A stretch of DNA of 64,000 nt, taken from positions 716,279 through 780,278 of the forward strand of contig OY843611.1 of NCBI GenBank assembly GCA_963692995.1, given 5' to 3'. The notes under the pieces are model-generated. The model had not been told where the DNA came from. It saw only the letters and a list, made by a program, of their open reading frames with translations, and did no database searches. Shown in pieces: positions 58,023 through 64,000 of this stretch; positions within the stretch are counted from its first letter, which is position 1, and each line of letters begins with the position of its first letter. The stretch is from Dehalococcoidia bacterium. GTDB taxonomy: Bacteria > Chloroflexota > Dehalococcoidia > Lucifugimonadales > UBA3495. The position numbers and the translations under genes are program-made.

Positions 58023-61000
58023 CTAGTGCGGCGCGGCGAGGTATTCGTCGGTGGTCAGTACGCTGTAATTGTTCAGACCGGTCAGCATACTTTCCATGGC
58101 GGCGCGGGCGGTGTCCAGCGACGTGAAGCACGGAATGCGACGTTCCACCGCAGCTCGCCGGATGTAGAAACCGTCGCGCATCACCGATGAATCGCCGGAC
58201 AGGGTGTTGACCACTGCTCCCACGGTGCCGTCGTTGATGACGTCCAAGACGTCCGGAGAGCCCTCGCCGATGCGTTTGGTGATGGTGGTGACGGGCAGGT
58301 TCATGGCGGTGATCATGGCCGCGGTGCCCTCGGTGGCGTAGAGGCGGCAGCCAGCGTCGGCCAGCCCCCGGATCAGGGGAAGCGAGTCGGCTTTGCTCTG
58401 GTCCGAGATGCTCAACAGGACGCCCATCCCAGGGGACAGGCTGATGCTGGCGGCCTGCAACGCCTTGGTCAGGGCTCCGGTGAAGTCCCGGTCGATGCCC
58501 ATAACCTCGCCGGTGGACTTCATCTCCGGCCCCATGTACCAGTCCACTCCCACCAGTTTCGACATGGAGAACACCGGCGCTTTGATGCCGACGAGTTTTT
58601 GCCGCGGCCACAGACCGCCCTCGTAACCCAGATCCCGCAACTTGGCGTCCAGCATAACCCGGGTGGCCAAGTTGGCTACCGGAACCCCGGTTACCTTGGA
58701 GATGAAGGGTATGGTACGACTGCCGCGCGGGTTCACCTCCAGCACATATACGGTGGTTTCTTGGTCGCCATCTGAGGGTGGGAGGGCCGGATCTCTGACC
58801 AGAGCGCTGCGGTAGGCGCTGCCCCCCTGGAGCACGAATTGAATGTTCATTAGCCCACGCACCCCCAGAGCCAGGCCGATGCGGGTGGTGTAATCCACCA
58901 GGGTATCAACCTCGGCTTCGGTCAGGTTCAAGCCGGGGTAGATGGCCATGGAGTCGCCGCTGTGGACGCCGGCGCGCTCCACGTGCTCCATAATGCCGGG
59001 GATCAGCACCCGTTCCCCGTCGCAGATGGCGTCCACCTCGCACTCCCGCCCTTCCATGTAGTGGTCCACCAGGACCTCGCGCTCCGGGGTGACCTCCGTG
59101 GCGATGGTCAGATAGCGGATCAGTTCCGTGGCATTGCGCACGATTTCCATGGCCCGTCCGCCCAGCACGTAACTGGGGCGCACCACTACGGGATAGCCGA
59201 TGCGCTGGGCGATGGTCAGGGCCTGGTCCACCGACTGCACGGTGCCGCCGGGGGGTTGGGGGATGCCGAGCTCCACCAGGAACCGCTCAAACTTCTGCCG
59301 GTCGCTGGCGATGTCGATGGCCTCGGCGCTGGAACCCAGGATGGGCAGCCCGACGGCGGCCAGGGACTGGGACAGGTTGATTGCCGTCTGGCCTCCGAAT
59401 TGGACCAGGCTTGGCGGCGGCCGGTCGTCCACGGTCTCGTTGTCGATGATGTCCCGCACGGCCTCCTCGTCCAGGGCCTCGAAGTAGAGCCGGTCGCTGG
59501 TATCAAAGTCGGTCGATACGGTTTCGGGATTGGAGTTGATCATAATGCTGGCCACGCCGGCCTGGGAGAGGGCCCAGGCCGCGTGTACGCTGCAATAATC
59601 GAACTCGATGCCCTGACCAATGCGGATGGGGCCGCTGCCGATGACGATGGCCTTGGGGCCGGGCAACGGCGGCGCTTCGTTCTCGGTATCGTAGGCGCTG
59701 TAGTAATAGGGCGTCGCGGCCTCAAACTCGGCGGCGCAGGTGTCCACCATCTTGAACACGGGCTTGATGTCGTGGCGCAACCGCAACTGGCGTACTTGTT
59801 CGGGCAAAAGGCCGGAGAGGGTGGCGATTTCGACGTCGGAAAATCCCAACCGCTTGGAGGCCAGCAGAATGGCCGGCGTCAACGGATTGCCCAGCAAGCG
59901 GCGTTCCTGGTCAACGACGCGCTCCAGGGCAGCAATGAACCAGGGATCGATGCTGGTGCGCGCCACCAGTTGGTCGCGGGATACTCCCCGGCGCAGGGCG
60001 GCGGTCAGCGCCCAGAGGCGAAGGTCGTTGGGCTCCAGGGGCAGCGCGTCGAGCAGAGCCTGATGATCTCTCCCGAATTGGAACCCGCGCCACTGCTGGT
60101 CTTCCCAGAGCAGGGAGGAATTGGGCTGCTCCAGCGCGCGGGTGGCCTTTTGCAGGGCGGCCTCGAAGCTGCGGTCAATGGCCATTACCTCGCCGGTGGC
60201 CTTCATCTGCGTCGTAATCTGGCGGTCGCCGTCGGGGAACTTGTCGAAGGGCCAGCGGGGTATCTTGACGACGCAATAGTCCAGGGCCGGCTCGAAGGCG
60301 GCGCCGGTGGCGCCGGTGACGGCGTTGGGGATTTCGTCGAGGCGGCGGCCCACGGCGATTTTGGCGGAGACGCGGGCGATGGGATAGCCGGTAGCCTTGC
60401 TGGCCAATGCCGAGGACCGGCTTACCCGGGGGTTCACCTCGATGACATAATAATCCGATTCAGCCGTCCATACACCGGGTCGATTCCGCATGGCGTCAGG
60501 ATGCGGGCGAAGGGCAAGCTGGATATTGCACCCTCCTTCAATGCCCAGGCCGCGAATGATGTTCAGGCTGGCGGTGCGGAGCAACTGGTACTCTTTGTCC
60601 GTCAAGGTCTGGCTGGGCGCGACCACGATACTGTCTCCGGTGTGCGCTCCCATGGGATCCAGGTTTTCCATGTTGCACACGGTGATGCAATTGTCGGCCC
60701 CATCGCGGATGACCTCATACTCGACTTCCTTCCAGCCGACCAGGGAGCGTTCCAGCAATACCTGGCGGATGGGGCTTGCGGCCAGACCGCCCTCGACAAT
60801 GGACAGGAACTCCTCCTCGGTATTGGCGATGCCGCCACCGGTTCCCCCCAGGGTATATGCCGGCCGCACCACCAGGGGCAGGCCGGTTTCGGCCTGGTAA
60901 GCCAAGGCTTCGGCCAGGGAAGAAACGGTGCGATTGGGCGGCATGGGCTCACCGATGTCGGTAAGAAACTGCCGGAAAAAGTCCCGGTCCTCCGCCTTTC

Positions 61001-61376
61001 GGATGGTTTCCAGCGGGGTGCCCAGCAACCGGACGTTGTAGCGATCGAGAACGCCGGCGTCGGCCAGATCAACGGCCAGGTTGAGGCCGGTCTGACCGCC
61101 CAGGGTGGGCAGGATTCCGTCGGGCTGCTCGCTGGCAATGATGCGTTCCAACACGGGAACGGTGAGCGGTTCGATGTACACCCGGTCGGCGACGTCCCGG
61201 TCGGTCATAATGGTGGCGGGATTGGAGTTGACCAGCACCACCGAGACGCCCTCTTCGCGGAGGGCTTTGCACGCCTGGGTGCCGGCGTAGTCAAATTCGG
61301 CAGCCTGGCCGATGACAATGGGCCCGGAGCCGATGACCAGAACTTTGCGAGGCTGCTGCTGTGGATAATCGCTCAA
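58023..61376 (-). CDS. carB: Carbamoyl-phosphate synthase large subunit
   Basis: [25 protein letters not shown], a duplicated ATP-grasp half and an MGS domain. TTG start. Confidence 0.98.
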   Translation of the reverse strand: MSDYPQQQPRKVLVIGSGPIVIGQAAEFDYAGTQACKALREEGVSVVLVNSNPATIMTDRDVADRVYIEPLTVPVLERIIASEQPDGILPTLGGQTGLNLAVDLADAGVLDRYNVRLLGTPLETIRKAEDRDFFRQFLTDIGEPMPPNRTVSSLAEALAYQAETGLPLVVRPAYTLGGTGGGIANTEEEFLSIVEGGLAASPIRQVLLERSLVGWKEVEYEVIRDGADNCITVCNMENLDPMGAHTGDSIVVAPSQTLTDKEYQLLRTASLNIIRGLGIEGGCNIQLALRPHPDAMRNRPGVWTAESDYYVIEVNPRVSRSSALASKATGYPIARVSAKIAVGRRLDEIPNAVTGATGAAFEPALDYCVVKIPRWPFDKFPDGDRQITTQMKATGEVMAIDRSFEAALQKATRALEQPNSSLLWEDQQWRGFQFGRDHQALLDALPLEPNDLRLWALTAALRRGVSRDQLVARTSIDPWFIAALERVVDQERRLLGNPLTPAILLASKRLGFSDVEIATLSGLLPEQVRQLRLRHDIKPVFKMVDTCAAEFEAATPYYYSAYDTENEAPPLPGPKAIVIGSGPIRIGQGIEFDYCSVHAAWALSQAGVASIMINSNPETVSTDFDTSDRLYFEALDEEAVRDIIDNETVDDRPPPSLVQFGGQTAINLSQSLAAVGLPILGSSAEAIDIASDRQKFERFLVELGIPQPPGGTVQSVDQALTIAQRIGYPVVVRPSYVLGGRAMEIVRNATELIRYLTIATEVTPEREVLVDHYMEGRECEVDAICDGERVLIPGIMEHVERAGVHSGDSMAIYPGLNLTEAEVDTLVDYTTRIGLALGVRGLMNIQFVLQGGSAYRSALVRDPALPPSDGDQETTVYVLEVNPRGSRTIPFISKVTGVPVANLATRVMLDAKLRDLGYEGGLWPRQKLVGIKAPVFSMSKLVGVDWYMGPEMKSTGEVMGIDRDFTGALTKALQAASISLSPGMGVLLSISDQSKADSLPLIRGLADAGCRLYATEGTAAMITAMNLPVTTITKRIGEGSPDVLDVINDGTVGAVVNTLSGDSSVMRDGFYIRRAAVERRIPCFTSLDTARAAMESMLTGLNNYSVLTTDEYLAAPH

Positions 61377-61428
61377 AGAAGGGTTTCCTCTTTATGCTGC
61401 GTTGGGTGTGGATGGCTCGATTGACGGC

Positions 61429-62127
61429 TCACTTAACGGAAATCGGACGCGCGCCGATCAATCGACAACCGAACCGTTCGGCGCGTGTGATTATGTCGGA
61501 CAGGGTGGCCGCTTGGGTAGGCACCGGCGAAGAACCTTCGGCGGGCGCACCAACCGATCCATGGCGCGCTGCTGCTTTGGCGACTCTGCGGTGCAAGACG
61601 CCAAAGTAGAGACACTGAACCGCTATCGTAACCACTAGCGCAACGAACATCGTTGCGGTCGCGATAAGGTAGGGGTTGTGGTGTATCCCTTGGATCTGCA
61701 TGTACATAATCGTTAATAAAGCCCCGGACGTAAATCCTCCGAAGCAAAATATCGTAGCGTAGAAACTGTACCCCACGGCGCGAGTTACGATGCCTACTTT
61801 CACGGATCCGCCGGGTCTCCGCTCCACAGTATCTCGATTCATCCTGGTTGACGCTTGCAGAGTTGACGCTTGCAGATGGGTTATCCTGCCAGCAAGGGCC
61901 GCAATCCAGCCTGAGTAACTTCGCATCAACAGCCGGTGCAAGTTAACCGCCAGCCAGAGGCCAATAGCCAGCGAAATAAAGCCGGCAATTCCCACCGCGG
62001 TAGCCAGGTCCACAGACTCGTTCAAAAGGGTCAAGCCGTGAATAAGCCCGTACAGGACTGCTAGGGCTATCGCCCACTTCGTGGGGGCAAGGGCGCTTAT
62101 TGCCGACTGCCGGGCGTACTTGCGCAT
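61429..62127 (-). CDS. Hypothetical integral membrane protein (atypical composition)
   Basis: About four TM segments, more AT-rich than the flanks, and an internal 15-bp duplication (LQAST x2). Confidence 0.6.
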   Translation of the reverse strand: MRKYARQSAISALAPTKWAIALAVLYGLIHGLTLLNESVDLATAVGIAGFISLAIGLWLAVNLHRLLMRSYSGWIAALAGRITHLQASTLQASTRMNRDTVERRPGGSVKVGIVTRAVGYSFYATIFCFGGFTSGALLTIMYMQIQGIHHNPYLIATATMFVALVVTIAVQCLYFGVLHRRVAKAAARHGSVGAPAEGSSPVPTQAATLSDIITRAERFGCRLIGARPISVK

Positions 62128-62131
62128 AATG

Positions 62132-62344
62132 CTACTTCCCGTTCCGGCTCAACAATGCTTTGGCGGCCATCACTGCTTCCCAAGTTACGATAACTGCGCC
62201 TGTGATTGCCCAAACAACGGCGCATCCAACCAATGCTACATCCAGCACAAAAGTAATCAGGCGGTGCGTTTGTGTGCCGGGTTCAACCGAAAAACCGATA
62301 ATCCATTCCAGCAAAAGACCGGAGAGCGCCAACTGCACAGCCAT
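62132..62344 (-). CDS. Small two-TM hypothetical protein (may extend upstream)
   Basis: Hydrophobic ORF ending 4 bp before the next start. Extended -10 TG-G-TAGAAT at 62418-62426. Confidence 0.5.
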   Translation of the reverse strand: MAVQLALSGLLLEWIIGFSVEPGTQTHRLITFVLDVALVGCAVVWAITGAVIVTWEAVMAAKALLSRNGK

Positions 62345-62481
62345 CAGGAATGATGTCAGAAAGGCGATCGCCGCCCGCGCAACGCGACGCCGACCGCAAT
62401 TCTGCTTGTGTCGCTTAATTCTACCACAGCCGGCCGCCCCGCCTGCTTTGGCGATGCCTCGCGCGGGCGCCCCCCAGCCGG

Positions 62482-62907
62482 TTAGGCGAAGCGGGGCATC
62501 GTGCCCGGCAGCTCCATTAGTTGCCGCTCGACCAGGGCATTCATCATCTGGAAGATAAAGGCGCCGAAGTAGGCCCCTTCGGCATCAAAGTGGTCCAGGT
62601 CGATGCCGCCGTCGGGGGTGCGCGGAGGGATGACGAGGTCAGTGGCGTCGTAGCCGGCGTTGATGGCGTGGACATGTCCTACCGGCGCATTGCTGATTGG
62701 CTGGCCGGTGGTCGGGTCGGTCACTTTCACGGCCAACTCCCAGCGGGAGCCGAGTTGTCCCCGGCTCACGGCGGCCAGCAGGTAGCCGTGCCCGTCGTGG
62801 GAAAAGGTGGGCACGGTTTCCTGTAGCATGGTGAGGGTGTCGTTGAGGTTAATCGGGAGCTGGGTTTCAATGCCCTGCTCCAGCAGAAAAGCGGTGAATC
62901 CGGTCAT
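62482..62907 (-). CDS. Hypothetical protein translationally coupled to carA
   Basis: ATGA overlap with the carA stop. Host-like codon usage. Confidence 0.7.
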   Translation of the reverse strand: MTGFTAFLLEQGIETQLPINLNDTLTMLQETVPTFSHDGHGYLLAAVSRGQLGSRWELAVKVTDPTTGQPISNAPVGHVHAINAGYDATDLVIPPRTPDGGIDLDHFDAEGAYFGAFIFQMMNALVERQLMELPGTMPRFA

Positions 62908-64000
62908 CGGTGGGCTACCTCCGCAGGGTTGGCGTCGTCGATCATCGCCAGGAAGCGATCAAACAGATACTCGTTGTCCTGCGGACCGGGAGATGCTTCG
63001 GAGTGGTACTGAATGGTGAACAGGGGCCACTCCCGGTGCCGCAGGCCCTCCACCGTATTGTCGTTCAGGTTGATGTGGGAAATCTCTAAACCGGAGGGCA
63101 AATTATCGGATGAAACGGAGTAGCCGTGGTTCTGGGCGGTGATGTGGACTTGCTGGGTGAGCAGGTCTTTGACGGGATGGTTGCCGCCCCGGTGTCCGAA
63201 CTTGAGCTTGTAGGTGGTGGCTCCCAGGGCGCGGGCCGCCAGCTGGTGGCCCAGGCAGATGCCCATGATGGGGACGCGGCCGATGAGTTGGCGCAGGTTG
63301 GCGACGATATTCCCCAAAAGTTCCGGGTCGCCGGGGCCGGGGGAGAGCAGAATGCCATTGGGCTGCATTGCCAGGATATCCGCGGTGGGGGTGTGGGCCG
63401 GCACGGTGATTACCTCGCAGCCCCGGCTTTGCAGCAGCCGCAGGATGTTGTACTTCACGCCGACGTCGGTTACGAGGATGCGACGCACGCCGGCGGAGGC
63501 GGGCGTGGTGGGGAAGCGGGCGTGTTCGCCGTTGTCCCAAGAGTAGGGGTCTGGCGTGGTGACGGAGCTCACCAGGTCCAGGTTATCGTAGCGCGGTAGA
63601 TCAGCGAGCCGGCGCAACGCTTGATCCGGGTGATCGGCGGTGATTAGTCCGGTCATCACGCCGCTGGTGCGCAGACGGCGGGTAAGGGCTCGGGTATCGA
63701 TGCCGCTGATGCCGGGTATGTTGTATTCCTCCAGAAATGCGTGGAGGGTCATATTGCTGGACACATGACTGGGCAGGTCGCAGTGTTGGCGAACGATCAG
63801 GGCCGATACTTGGATACGCCGGGATTCGAAGTCCCGGCAATTGATGCCGTAATTGCCCACCAGCGGATAGGTGAGCGCTACCATTTGACCGGCGTAAGAA
63901 GGGTCGGTCAGCACCTCTTGATAGCCGGTCATGGTGGTGTTGAACACCACCTCTCCCCAGCCATCGCGTTGGGCGCCGAAGGATTCGCCGGTGAATATGG
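62904..64000 (-). CDS. carA: Carbamoyl-phosphate synthase small subunit, 5' end outside window
   Basis: GEVVFNT, TDPSY, SPGPGDP, GICLGHQ and QNHG motifs. Confidence 0.98.
   Translation of the reverse strand, partial: IFTGESFGAQRDGWGEVVFNTTMTGYQEVLTDPSYAGQMVALTYPLVGNYGINCRDFESRRIQVSALIVRQHCDLPSHVSSNMTLHAFLEEYNIPGISGIDTRALTRRLRTSGVMTGLITADHPDQALRRLADLPRYDNLDLVSSVTTPDPYSWDNGEHARFPTTPASAGVRRILVTDVGVKYNILRLLQSRGCEVITVPAHTPTADILAMQPNGILLSPGPGDPELLGNIVANLRQLIGRVPIMGICLGHQLAARALGATTYKLKFGHRGGNHPVKDLLTQQVHITAQNHGYSVSSDNLPSGLEISHINLNDNTVEGLRHREWPLFTIQYHSEASPGPQDNEYLFDRFLAMIDDANPAEVAHR

Noticed and set aside
58962-61424. 820-aa plus-strand ORF and other long antisense ORFs (e.g. 20314-21921, 8359-9615, 28022-29335)
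   Set aside because: Shadow ORFs opposite well-supported genes, expected from high-GC codon bias, with no recognisable motifs.

Overview
A GC-rich chromosomal window, most consistent with a Chloroflexota (Dehalococcoidia/SAR202-like) bacterium. This is inferred from five luciferase-like monooxygenase paralogs, tandem SDRs, a Rieske dioxygenase, family-5 ABC components and the rpmF-fabD-nusB-acpP gene order. Housekeeping genes include uvrC, htpX, ftsK, rnj, a family-4 UDG, acpP, nusB, fabD, rpmF, purA, selB, carB and a partial carA. The most notable block is 33.7-46.1 kb. It holds an intact Hen1-Pnkp RNA-repair pair and a compositionally atypical three-gene unit: an unknown 263-aa protein, a Walker-degenerate BrxD/DUF2791-like protein and an intact BrxD/DUF2791-like ATPase, with no BREX or Shango partners. 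It continues with a DUF433/DUF5615 toxin-antitoxin cassette bracketed by a 32-bp duplication of the selB start, then selB and nurA. A thioredoxin-fold lipoprotein split by the ORF caller is very likely a selenoprotein (UxxC plus a SECIS-like hairpin). Intergenic spaces carry many REP-like palindromes, often with one-sided, locus-specific tandem tails. No rRNA, tRNA, CRISPR array, integrase or transposase was recognised. All family assignments come from motif recognition by eye, not from database searches.
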